DNA from: an uncultured Chloroflexia bacterium
GTDB lineage: Bacteria > Chloroflexota > Limnocylindria > QHBO01
Assembly (NCBI GenBank): GCA_963825525.1
Contig: CAWGTN010000002.1
Coordinates: 1,184,001-1,248,000, forward strand
Length of the DNA stretch: 64,000 bases
Direction: 5' to 3'
Each line of letters opens with the position of its first letter. Position 1 is the first letter of the stretch. The notes beneath the pieces were generated by a model. The model worked only from the letters and a program-made list of their open reading frames with translations. It ran no database searches and had not been told where the DNA came from. The translations under genes were made by a program, and so were the position numbers. This document shows positions 28,432-37,500 of this stretch, in pieces.

Positions 28432-28470
28432 GTGCCCGAGCAGGTAGATACCGTGAGGAGCATCCACACC

Positions 28471-28734
28471 ATGGCTCTCGTCCAGATCCGCCCCATCGAG
28501 GCACGCGTTCGGTGGGACCGCATTGCCGACCGTCCATCCCAGATCTCCTGGGAGGGTCACTCTCTGCGCGTGACCGAACTCGACGCCGTCCGCGACGAAC
28601 GCGCGGCCTACCCAGCCAGCCGCGGCCCTCGCGTGACCTTCGTTCTGCGCAGCGCCGACGGCAGCCGCGCGTCAGTCGTTTTCGACGGCCGCAGGCGCCG
28701 GTGGTACCTGGAGGCCGTCGAGCCCGCCGCCTGA
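28471..28734 (+). CDS. Small LexA-regulated protein (DUF6504 / ImuB-C-terminal-like, tentative)
   Basis: GAGGAG SD; 87 aa with RPSQISWEG..LRV...R..F.L...DG..A.VVFD...RRWYL. Family assignment is by pattern only. Confidence 0.65.
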   Translation: MALVQIRPIEARVRWDRIADRPSQISWEGHSLRVTELDAVRDERAAYPASRGPRVTFVLRSADGSRASVVFDGRRRRWYLEAVEPAA

Positions 28735-28823
28735 TCCGCCCTCTGACCTGCCTACAATCGGCTCGGTGTCGTCCGGGCCGATTGCGGTACCCGGGACAGC
28801 CAGACCCGAGGACGATCCCGCCG

Positions 28824-29462
28824 TTGGACGAGCACCTCGTCGATCTTCCGCTGCGTGATCTCGTCGCGCGCATGGCGACCACTGACCCGGTGCCGGGTGG
28901 CGGCAGCGCGTCCGCCGTCGCCGGGGCGTTGGGAGCGGCGCTGACGCACATGGTGGTCGCGCTGAGTCGCGGGCGGCCGGACGCGGCGCCTCACGAAGTC
29001 GAGCTGACCGAGATCGGGACGGCGGCGGCGCAGTTCCAGTCCGAGCTGCTGGCACTTGCCGAGGCCGACGCGACCGCGTACGCGTCCGTGGTGGCGGCAC
29101 GCCGCCTGCCGCGCGACACGCCACGCGACCAGGAAGCCCGTCGAGTGATGATCGACGCATCCGTCCGCGAGGCCATCCGCGCTCCGCGAGCGATCGCCCG
29201 CGCGGCGCTGGAGGTCATGCGATTGACCGAGCGATTGGCCCCCATCGGCCACGCACGTGCGATCAGCGATGTCGGCGTGGCAACCCTTCTGGCAGGAGCG
29301 GCATTGCGAGGGGCGGCCATGAATGTCGAGATCAATCTCCCCTCCCTCCCCGACGATGATCCGCTGCGGGGCGAGGCAGCCACCGAGATCGGCGATCTCC
29401 TGGCAGGGGCGGACGACCTCGAGCCGCGCGTGCGAGCCCGGGTGGCGGAGCGTCTTCGATGA
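28824..29462 (+). CDS. Formiminotetrahydrofolate cyclodeaminase/cyclohydrolase family protein
   Basis: PVPGGGSASAVAGALG, ISDVGVA, GAAMNVEINL; overlaps the folD start. Confidence 0.88.
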   Translation: MDEHLVDLPLRDLVARMATTDPVPGGGSASAVAGALGAALTHMVVALSRGRPDAAPHEVELTEIGTAAAQFQSELLALAEADATAYASVVAARRLPRDTPRDQEARRVMIDASVREAIRAPRAIARAALEVMRLTERLAPIGHARAISDVGVATLLAGAALRGAAMNVEINLPSLPDDDPLRGEAATEIGDLLAGADDLEPRVRARVAERLR

Positions 29463-30313
29463 CGGCCAGGCTGCTCGACGGACGCGACGTCGCGTCCCAC
29501 CTGAGGCGGGAGCTGCGCCACCGCGTCGAACGGCTGGTCGGCGCTGACTCGGATCGGCCGCCGCAGCTCGCGATCCTGCGCTCGGGAAGAAGCGAAGCGT
29601 CCGAGCTGTACGCGTCGAGCCTCGACCGTGCGGCGCGCAGCGTCGGCGTCGAGCCGCTGGCCCTGACCGAGGAGTCCGGCTCGCTGGCCGACGCGATCGA
29701 CCGGCTCAACGACGATCCTCGCGTCGCCGGCATCGTCGTGGCCCAGCCGCTCGGCGATCCCGAGCACGGCCGCCAGCTGGTCGAGCGCATCGATCCGGCG
29801 AAGGACGTGGACGGCGCCACGCCCGCGAACGCCGGCTGGTTGGCGCGTGGCGAACCCGCCTTCGTTCCGGCGACCGCGCTGGCGGTGATCGCCCTGCTCG
29901 GCGCCTACGACATCCCCATCGCCGGACAGCGCGCCGTGATCATCGGCCGCTCGGCGGTGGTCGGTCGCCCGGTCGCCTCGCTGTTGCTGGCGCGGGACGC
30001 CACGGTCGTCATCTGCCACCGCTCGACCCACAACCTTGCCCGGGAGACTCGTCGCGCAGAGCTGCTCATTGCCGCCGCCGGGTCGCCTGGCCTGGTTCGC
30101 AGCGAGATGGTCAATCGGTCGGCGGTGGTGGTCGACTGTGGGATCAACGCCACACCATCGGGGATTGTCGGAGACGTCGACTTCGCGACCGTCTCGCCGG
30201 TTGTGCAGGCCATCAGCCCGGTGCCCGGGGGGATCGGCCCGGTGACGCCCATGATGGTGCTGCGCCAGACGATCGAGTCAGCCGAGCGCGACGCCGGAAG
30301 CGACCGGCCCTAG
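29459..30313 (+). CDS. folD: Methylenetetrahydrofolate dehydrogenase/cyclohydrolase
   Basis: LLDGR, IDPAKDVDG, FVPAT, IGRSAVVGRP, VVVDCGIN, GDVDF, PVPGGIGPVT. Confidence 0.92.
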   Translation: MTARLLDGRDVASHLRRELRHRVERLVGADSDRPPQLAILRSGRSEASELYASSLDRAARSVGVEPLALTEESGSLADAIDRLNDDPRVAGIVVAQPLGDPEHGRQLVERIDPAKDVDGATPANAGWLARGEPAFVPATALAVIALLGAYDIPIAGQRAVIIGRSAVVGRPVASLLLARDATVVICHRSTHNLARETRRAELLIAAAGSPGLVRSEMVNRSAVVVDCGINATPSGIVGDVDFATVSPVVQAISPVPGGIGPVTPMMVLRQTIESAERDAGSDRP

Positions 30314-31302
30314 GGCGACGGATCGGCGACCATCTCCGCCAGCGCCACGCTGCCGTCGATGAACCCCAGCCGGACCATCGTGTCGTAGCCGGCGGCCCAC
30401 GTGACCTGGTCGATCTCCCCATTGTCGAAACCGTCGCCGCGCCACAGCTCGATGGTCGCGTCGAGCACCGCGCGCGCCACCTCCGGGTCCTCGGCGATGG
30501 TCGGCACCGTCGCTTCCGCGGCCGCGAAGGCGGTGTCCGGATCGGCGATCGCCTCCGCCTGTGCCAGGGCCGTTGCCTCGACGAATGCACGCACCAGGGC
30601 GGGGTCCTCTTCGAGCAGCGCGTCACCCACGATCAGGCCGGGACCGGGAAGCGGCGCGACGTCATCGACCGTCAACAGCCCGACATCCATGCCACGCGCC
30701 TCGAGCCGCAGCGGCTCGTTGTTCCGAAAGCCCGTGATGAGGTCGACGTCCCCGTTCGAGAGCCCATCGACCTGGTTGAACTGGGGGTACTCGCGGATGG
30801 TCACGTCATCTACGGTGAGGTCGCCCGCCTCCAGCAGCGCCAGCAGCGCATGCCAGGATGACCCGAAACGACCCGGCGTCCCGATGGTCGAGCCGGACAG
30901 GTCGGCCGGATCGGATGGGACGGCACCTGCCTCGCCGATGATCGCCACCGGAAAGCCCTGGTAGAGCGTGCTCACGTACTTGACCGGAATCCCCTGGGTC
31001 CGGGCGATCATGACGTCGGTGGCATCGGCCACGCCGAACTCCGCCCGCCCATCGGCCACCAGGCGCTGGACGTCGGGCGCCTGCTCGTGGCGGATGGTCA
31101 CCTCGAGCCCCGCCGTTGCGTAGAAACCCTCCCGTTGCGCGACGTAGAACGGCGCGAACTGAACGTCCGGTCGATATCCGAGAACCAGCGTCACCGGACG
31201 TAGCTCCGGGGCGCTTGCTGGGCATGCCGCGAAGGGGCCGCACTCGCATGCGGCAACCAGCGGCAGGATGGCGAGAACGAGGACGAGTCGCACGGAACGC
31301 AT
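30310..31302 (-). CDS. NMT1/THI5-type ABC substrate-binding lipoprotein (RibY-like, probable riboflavin binding)
   Basis: Lipobox VAAC; GYRPDVQFAPFYVA, GFRNNEP; last gene of an FMN-riboswitch operon. Confidence 0.85.
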   Translation of the reverse strand: MRSVRLVLVLAILPLVAACECGPFAACPASAPELRPVTLVLGYRPDVQFAPFYVAQREGFYATAGLEVTIRHEQAPDVQRLVADGRAEFGVADATDVMIARTQGIPVKYVSTLYQGFPVAIIGEAGAVPSDPADLSGSTIGTPGRFGSSWHALLALLEAGDLTVDDVTIREYPQFNQVDGLSNGDVDLITGFRNNEPLRLEARGMDVGLLTVDDVAPLPGPGLIVGDALLEEDPALVRAFVEATALAQAEAIADPDTAFAAAEATVPTIAEDPEVARAVLDATIELWRGDGFDNGEIDQVTWAAGYDTMVRLGFIDGSVALAEMVADPSP

Positions 31303-31313
31303 CGATGGTCCTT

Positions 31314-32054
31314 TCACTGGCTGATGAGGCGACGCTCGACGACGACCACCAGCCCGTAGAAGACGAGGCCGATGATGGCGAGCGCGGCGAGGGCTACGAA
31401 CATGAGGGGCGTGTCGAACAGGCCCTGGTTGGCGATGTTGATGAGGACGCCGAGACCCGTGGACGCCCCGGCCCACTCGGCCACGACGGCACCGATCACG
31501 GCCAGGGTCACTCCGACTCGAAGCCCGCCGAAGATGACCGGCAGCGCTGACGGAATCTCGAGCAGCCGCGTCCGCTGGGCCGGTCCGGCGCCGAGGCTGT
31601 GCAGCATCTCGGCGAGCTGCGGATCAGTCGAACGGACGCCGACCATGGTGGCGATGGCAATCGGGAAGAAGACGATGAGGGCGCAGATGACGACCCGAGC
31701 CAGCAGGCCACCGCCGAACCAGATGTCGAGCAGTGGCGCGAGGGCCAGGATCGGCACCGCCTGCGCGGCAACGATGTACGGCGACAGCACGCGCTCGACC
31801 AGCACGCTCTTGCCGAGCGCGATCCCGGTCAGGATTGCCGTCGAGGCGCCGGCCGCGAAACCGAGGACGATCTCGAGCAGCGTGACCGCGGTGTGCTCCC
31901 AGAGGACTCCCGAGCCAATCGCACGCACCGCACGCTCCGCCACGATCCCGGGAGCCGGAAGGATGTACTCCGGATAGCCGCCGACGGCGACGACCAATGT
32001 CCACACGGCGAGGAACGCGGCCAGGCTGAGGACAGCGGCGCCGATGCGCTTCAC
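31314..32054 (-). CDS. ABC permease (RibX-like)
   Basis: YILPAP, QAVPILALAPL, LPVIFGGLRVG, IGAVVAEW. Confidence 0.9.
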   Translation of the reverse strand: MKRIGAAVLSLAAFLAVWTLVVAVGGYPEYILPAPGIVAERAVRAIGSGVLWEHTAVTLLEIVLGFAAGASTAILTGIALGKSVLVERVLSPYIVAAQAVPILALAPLLDIWFGGGLLARVVICALIVFFPIAIATMVGVRSTDPQLAEMLHSLGAGPAQRTRLLEIPSALPVIFGGLRVGVTLAVIGAVVAEWAGASTGLGVLINIANQGLFDTPLMFVALAALAIIGLVFYGLVVVVERRLISQ

Positions 32055-32872
32055 GCCACGCCCTCCGACCAGGGTCTCAGCTCGACGGCGTGGGACGCGG
32101 CCAGTGCCTCGCGCACGTCGGCTGCGAGCGCCGCCGTGGCGGGCTCGCCGATGAGCCCCGGTCCGCGGGGCCGCGGCAGCGCGACGTCCACGGTGCGGGT
32201 CACGCGCCCCGGGCGCGGCGCCATGACGACCACGCGATCAGCAAGCTGGATTGCCTCGATGACGCTGTGAGTCACGAGCACGACGGTGCGCGGGCGGTCC
32301 ATCCACAGCCGCTGGAGCTCGGTGTTGAAGGTTTCGCGGGTGAGCGCATCGAGGGCGCTGAAAGGCTCGTCGAGGAGCAGGACCGGTGGGTCGCTGATGA
32401 GCGCGCGAGCCAGTCCGGCCCGCTGCGCCATACCTCCGGACAGCTCGCGCGGCCGAAGCCCGGCGGCGACTCCCAGGCCGACCCTTTCGAGCGCGGCCAG
32501 CGCCCGCTCGCGACGCGCTCTCGGAGCAACGCCGGTGATCTCGAGTGGCAGGGCCACGTTGTCCAGGGTGGAGCGCCACGGAACGAGCCGCGGCTGCTGG
32601 AATGCGAGACCCACCCGTCCGTAGCCCGGGCGCGGTGTCCGGCCACCGACCGCCACGCTTCCGCCGGACGGCGCGAGAAGACCGGCAATGAGCCTTAGGA
32701 GTGTGCTCTTGCCGCACCCGTTCGGCCCGATCACGACGTTGAACGACCCTGCCGCGATGTCCAGGTTGAGGCCGCCGAGCGCCTGCACCTCGCCCGCGGG
32801 CGACGAGAAGCGCATGTCGACCTCACGGATCGAGATGTCCAGGCCCGGGTCGTCCGCGCTGTTCACGCTCAT
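32051..32872 (-). CDS. ABC ATP-binding protein
   Basis: GPNGCGKST, LSGGMAQR, LLLDEPFSALDALTR, VTHS. Confidence 0.93.
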   Translation of the reverse strand: MSVNSADDPGLDISIREVDMRFSSPAGEVQALGGLNLDIAAGSFNVVIGPNGCGKSTLLRLIAGLLAPSGGSVAVGGRTPRPGYGRVGLAFQQPRLVPWRSTLDNVALPLEITGVAPRARRERALAALERVGLGVAAGLRPRELSGGMAQRAGLARALISDPPVLLLDEPFSALDALTRETFNTELQRLWMDRPRTVVLVTHSVIEAIQLADRVVVMAPRPGRVTRTVDVALPRPRGPGLIGEPATAALAADVREALAASHAVELRPWSEGVA

Positions 32873-32950
32873 CGGGTGCTCCCATGTCGTCGATTCGATC
32901 GCGCACGGGGCCACGCCATCGCTCCCCACCACGACACGGCGGGGCGCGTG

Positions 32951-33111
32951 GTCGTCTTCTCCCTTCCGGACTGTGACCGTCGGCCCTGTCTGCTCCGGCG
33001 TGCGCCGGAGGTCAGGTCAGCCGCACCAGCGACAGTGCCGATGCGGTTCGCGGGCTGGCTCGGTGAGGAGCCGACCGCCGGTGGGGACTTTCACCCCGCC
33101 CCGAAGACGAT
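32951..33111 (-). ncRNA. FMN riboswitch (RFN element), variant with insertions
   Basis: Minus strand TCGTCTTCGGGGCGGGGTGAAAGTCCCCACCGGCGGT...AGCCCGCGA...GCCGACGGTCACAGTCCGGAAGGGAGAAGACGA, upstream of an NMT1-type ABC transporter. Confidence 0.92.
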
Positions 33112-33154
33112 TTGGTTCGATTGGCATCGATCGTGGCATGGCCGACTCGCGCGG

Positions 33155-33826
33155 TCAACCGGCCTCGGCATCGCCTCGCTTGGCGAGCAGCCATCGCACC
33201 ACCAGCAGGCCGATGACGGCCAGCACCACGGCATAGATGACGTACTCGTACGGCTTGAGCGCCGCCTCGATCTCGACGTAGTTCTCGCCGACCACGAAGC
33301 CGGCGTAGATGAGCGCGGCATTCCAGGGCAGCGAGCCCAGGGTGCTGAAGAGGAGGAAGCGACCCATCGGCATGCGACTGATGCCGGCCGGGTAGCTCAC
33401 GAAGGTGCGGACCAGCGGCACCATGCGGCCGAAGAAGACGGCCCACGAACCCCATCGCTCGAACCATCGGTCCGCCCTGTCGAGATCGGGTGCGCCGATA
33501 CCGACATAGCGGCCGAATCGGTCCAGCAGGGGTCGGCCTCCCCACGCGCCGATGTAGTAGCCGACCAGCGCCCCGACGACGCTGCCCACCGTCGCCAGGA
33601 TCACCGCGAGCGGGATGTTCCACGGCAGCCCGGTGAGTGGTTCGAGCACCGATGGATCGGCGGCGGACTGGCTGACCTTCCATCCCGCCATCGGCAGGAT
33701 GACCTCGGACGGGATGGGCGCGACGATGGTCTCGAGTGCCACGGCCACCCCGACGCCGACGTAGCCGACCGAGTCGTACATCTGAAGGACGAACGGGATG
33801 ACCTGCTGGTCGATGAAGTCGAGCAG
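33155..33826 (-). CDS. DedA family membrane protein
   Basis: LE...PIPSEVILP.AG, GR.VPLVRTFVSYPAG..RM...RF. Start CTG 33826 or ATG 33781. Confidence 0.88.
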   Translation of the reverse strand: MLDFIDQQVIPFVLQMYDSVGYVGVGVAVALETIVAPIPSEVILPMAGWKVSQSAADPSVLEPLTGLPWNIPLAVILATVGSVVGALVGYYIGAWGGRPLLDRFGRYVGIGAPDLDRADRWFERWGSWAVFFGRMVPLVRTFVSYPAGISRMPMGRFLLFSTLGSLPWNAALIYAGFVVGENYVEIEAALKPYEYVIYAVVLAVIGLLVVRWLLAKRGDAEAG

Positions 33827-33831
33827 TGCCC

Positions 33832-34665
33832 CTAGCCCCCGGCCTGGGTGCGTCGTGGTACCGCCACGCGTCGCTCGCCCGAGGCGGCGCGCTCGGCCTG
33901 GGCAGCCAGCTCACGGGCGCGCGCCCGCTCGTCAACCCTGAGGACGTGGACCGCGACAAGGATCGCGAGCAGCGCGGCGCCGGCCATCAGGCCGCCCACG
34001 ATGTCCATCGGGTAGTGCGCTCCGAGATAGATGCGGGTGGCGCTGATGGCGCCGACGAAGATCGCCGCCACGACGTACGCGATCTGGCCCTGGCGGTAAT
34101 CGTGGGCGAGCCGCGCAACGCTGAACGCGGCGATGCCATACAGGACCGTGGCCCGCAATGCGTGACCGGCAGGAAAGTCGGCGATGTCATCGAGCCCCAC
34201 GTTGTTGACGTTGACGATCGCGCCGAGGAGCGCGGTGAAGCTGATGGCGTCGGACGAGGTGAAGTACTTCAGCGCCCACTCCATCGGGAAGGCGAGCGTC
34301 CCGAGCGCGAAGAGCAGCGCCAGGTCGCGCCGGCCCTTGGCCAGCGACAGGAGCCCGAGACCGGCAAAGGCCAGGGCCACGAACCATCCACTTCCCAGCG
34401 CGCTGATGGCAATCACCAGGAACTCGACCGGAGCAAGGTTGCTCTCGACCCACCCCCGGATGGCCGGGATGATGGTCGTCATCATCCATTCCTCGGGGGC
34501 CGTGTAGACGGTCGTGCGCTTGAGCATCACGAGCCAGAACAGCCCGGGCAGGGCGATCACCGCCAGCAGGAAGGCCGCGGCCGGGCTGGGCACTGCTCCT
34601 CCGAGGTCATGCGCTGCCTCGTCGCTCACCACGAGGCGTCTCATCGGGTCAGGCAGCCGTCGCAC
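33832..34665 (-). CDS. PAP2 family phosphatase-like membrane protein
   Basis: FPAGHA and TRIYLGAHYPMDIVGG motifs; several TM segments. Confidence 0.85.
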   Translation of the reverse strand: MRRLPDPMRRLVVSDEAAHDLGGAVPSPAAAFLLAVIALPGLFWLVMLKRTTVYTAPEEWMMTTIIPAIRGWVESNLAPVEFLVIAISALGSGWFVALAFAGLGLLSLAKGRRDLALLFALGTLAFPMEWALKYFTSSDAISFTALLGAIVNVNNVGLDDIADFPAGHALRATVLYGIAAFSVARLAHDYRQGQIAYVVAAIFVGAISATRIYLGAHYPMDIVGGLMAGAALLAILVAVHVLRVDERARARELAAQAERAASGERRVAVPRRTQAGG

Positions 34666-34685
34666 GGTGCGTAGTATAGGGATCG

Positions 34686-36215
34686 ATGCCGCCGCTACCG
34701 CTCTCTGGCCGGGACCTCACCATCGACAACGTGATCGAGGTGGCGCGTGGACGACGGCAGGTCGCGCTGGACCCCCATGCCGCCACCCGGATGCGGGCGT
34801 CACGCCAGATCGTCGAGAAGCTCGTGGCCGACGGCGCCACGGCGTATGGCATCACCACCGGCTTCGGTGACCTCGCCGATGTCCGCATCGAGCCGGATCT
34901 GACCGCCGAGCTACAGCGGAACCTCGTCCGATCCCACGCGGCCGGTGTGGGCCAGCCATTGCCCGACGACGTGGTGCGCGCGATGCTCGTCCTGCGAGCC
35001 AATACCCTTGCCATCGGCCTGTCGGGCGCGCGCGTCGAAGTGGCAGACCTGCTGATCGGCATGCTCAACGGCGCCGTTCACCCGGTGATCCCGGCGCGGG
35101 GCAGCCTCGGCGCCTCCGGGGACCTCGCGCCGCTCGCGCACCTGGCCCTGGTGATGATCGGAGAGGGCGCGGCGACCGTCGACGGCGCCGGACCGGGGCC
35201 GGGTGCCGAGGCACTCGAACGTGCCGGACTCGCACCGCTCGAGCTGCAGGCCAAGGAGGGCCTCGCACTGCTGAACGGGACGCAGCTGATGGCTGGCATC
35301 GGCGCCCTCGCGCACCACGATGCGCTGAGGCTGGCCCTGACCGCCGACGTGGTGGGTGCCATGAGCCTCGAGGCGATGCTCGGCACCGGCGCGGCATTCG
35401 ACGAGCGACTGGTGGCGGCGCGACCACACGCCGGCCAGGTGGCATCGGCGGCACACCTCCGAGCGCTGCTGGCCGACAGCCAGATCGCCGCCTCGCACGC
35501 GCAGAGCGATCACCGCGTGCAGGACGCCTACAGCCTGCGCTGCATGCCCCAGGTCCACGGCGCTGCGCGGGACGCCATCGCCGAGCTGGCCAGGGTGCTC
35601 TCGGTGGAGATCAATTCCGTCACGGACAACCCGCTCGTCTTCCCGACCGGCGAGATCGTCTCGGGCGGCAATTTCCACGGTGAGCCGGTGGCCATGGCAC
35701 TCGACTACGCGACGATCGCGGTCGCCGAGCTGGCCTCGATCTCTGAACGTCGTACGGCTCGCCTGGTGGACGCGCACCTCTCCGGGTTGCCCGCCTTCCT
35801 CGCGGAGCGGCCGGGGGTCGAGAGCGGGCTGATGATCGCGCACTACACCGCGGCGGCCCTCGTCAACGAGCTCCAGACGCTGGCCCACCCATCGTCCGTC
35901 GACACCATCCCGACCAGCGCCAACCAGGAGGACCACGTGAGCATGGGCGGGACGGCGGCGCTGCACCTGCGCGAGGCGGTCGACCGCGCCGAGCTCGTCC
36001 TTGCCATCGAAGCGCTGTGCGCCGCCCAAGGCCTGGACTTTCGGGCGCCGATGCGTCCGGGAGCCGGCGTGGCGGCGGCGCATGCCCGCATCAGGACCCG
36101 GGTGCCCCACCTCGACGCGGACCGACCCCCGTCGCCGGACATCTCGGCCGTCCGCGAGCTGGTCCACTCTGGCGAGCTCCTCGCCAATGGCGCGACGCAG
36201 ACGGCACATGGCTGA
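34686..36215 (+). CDS. hutH: Histidine ammonia-lyase
   Basis: YGITTGFG, NLVRSHAAG, MIO motif GASGDLAPLAH, KEGLALLNGT, QDAYSLRCMPQVHG, SANQEDHVSMG. Confidence 0.96.
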   Translation: MPPLPLSGRDLTIDNVIEVARGRRQVALDPHAATRMRASRQIVEKLVADGATAYGITTGFGDLADVRIEPDLTAELQRNLVRSHAAGVGQPLPDDVVRAMLVLRANTLAIGLSGARVEVADLLIGMLNGAVHPVIPARGSLGASGDLAPLAHLALVMIGEGAATVDGAGPGPGAEALERAGLAPLELQAKEGLALLNGTQLMAGIGALAHHDALRLALTADVVGAMSLEAMLGTGAAFDERLVAARPHAGQVASAAHLRALLADSQIAASHAQSDHRVQDAYSLRCMPQVHGAARDAIAELARVLSVEINSVTDNPLVFPTGEIVSGGNFHGEPVAMALDYATIAVAELASISERRTARLVDAHLSGLPAFLAERPGVESGLMIAHYTAAALVNELQTLAHPSSVDTIPTSANQEDHVSMGGTAALHLREAVDRAELVLAIEALCAAQGLDFRAPMRPGAGVAAAHARIRTRVPHLDADRPPSPDISAVRELVHSGELLANGATQTAHG

Positions 36216-36960
36216 CCTGCACTTCGAGCTCGTCGACGAGCAGAGCCTCGAGCGGATTCCCGCGCCCGCCCGGCCCGGGGCCCGATGCCAGACCTGCGAC
36301 TACTGGGAGCGAATCGACGGGACCCGTGACGCTCCGGCGAGCGACGCCACGGATGCCGCCGCGCGGGCCGCGCTCAAGCGCCGGCGTCTCCTGGCGGGCC
36401 AGGAGGTTGCGGGTGCGTACGCCATGATCGCGTATCGGCGCGTCGGCCCCGACCGACCGGCCGTTGGCTACGCGCAGTTCGGACCACTCAGCGCCTATCC
36501 GCGTGCACAGTCGATCCGTGAGCGGTACCCCCAGCTGCCGGACTCGCCGGCTCCGTGGGTCATCACCTGCCTGCAGGTCCTGGCGGGCGTCGACGATCGC
36601 GACGAGGCAGCGGCCGCGCTGCTGGACGCCGTGTGTGACGAGCTCGACGGTCGGGGCATCACGGCGGTGGAGGCGTATCCCGAGAGCGCCAGCGACCCAT
36701 GGATCCCCTCTCCGGGACCGGCATCGGTCTACGCGGCGGCGCACTTCGACCTGGCCGCCGGCGACGAGCGGTATCCCGTCTTCCGCCGCGAGCTGACGGG
36801 CGAGACGGATGCCGATGCGTGGGCCGGCCTGCTGGCGGCGAGTGCGCCTGACGAGGGCGACGATTGGCCGCTGCCGCTCCCGCCCACTCGCGACCCGGAT
36901 GACCTGTTCCGGCTGCCGCCCGACGGTCCGAAGCGGCCCAATCCGTTCGGCGAGGACTGA
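36208..36960 (+). CDS. GNAT-fold acetyltransferase-like protein with CxxCxxWE motif
   Basis: RCQTCDYWE, VGYAQFGP, VITCL, RGITAVEAYP; overlaps the hutH stop. Confidence 0.65.
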   Translation: MADLHFELVDEQSLERIPAPARPGARCQTCDYWERIDGTRDAPASDATDAAARAALKRRRLLAGQEVAGAYAMIAYRRVGPDRPAVGYAQFGPLSAYPRAQSIRERYPQLPDSPAPWVITCLQVLAGVDDRDEAAAALLDAVCDELDGRGITAVEAYPESASDPWIPSPGPASVYAAAHFDLAAGDERYPVFRRELTGETDADAWAGLLAASAPDEGDDWPLPLPPTRDPDDLFRLPPDGPKRPNPFGED

Positions 36961-37002
36961 GGCTGCAAGAATCCGGGCATCTCGGCTGTTGTACGAGATG
37001 AC

Positions 37003-37500
37003 ATGGAGGGGATCGCCCAGATGACCCAGGCCTCGGACCGCGAATCGGCCTTCGCCGATATCGTTGCTGAGCACTATCCGGGACTCGTTCGACGGCTGAC
37101 CGCGGTCCTGCGCGACCCGGAGGCAGCACGGGACCTCGCGCAGGAAACATATCTCCGCGCTCATCGCTCGTGGCATCGATTCGACGGCGCCGATCCCCGC
37201 GCCTGGCTGCACACGATCGGTCTCCGGCTCGCCTTCAACGAGCGCGATCGACGGGCCAGATGGGGACGGCTGGTGAGCACCGGTGCCGAGAACGCAAGCT
37301 GGGTCGCCCCGGAAGACCACGGCCTGCACGAGGCCCTCGGGCTCTTGCGGCGCGAGCATCGGGCCGCGCTCCTGCTGACGATGGTCGACGGCTATACCCA
37401 GGCCGAGGCAGCCGCGATGCTCGACGTCGCCCCCGGGACGGTGGCGAGCTGGATCTCACGGGCCAGGACACAGCTGCGGGAGGCGCTCCGAGATGCGTGA
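37003..37500 (+). CDS. ECF sigma factor
   Basis: ARDLAQETYLRA, RAWLHTI, region 4 GYTQAEAAAMLDVAPGTVASWISRAR. Confidence 0.9.
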   Translation: MEGIAQMTQASDRESAFADIVAEHYPGLVRRLTAVLRDPEAARDLAQETYLRAHRSWHRFDGADPRAWLHTIGLRLAFNERDRRARWGRLVSTGAENASWVAPEDHGLHEALGLLRREHRAALLLTMVDGYTQAEAAAMLDVAPGTVASWISRARTQLREALRDA

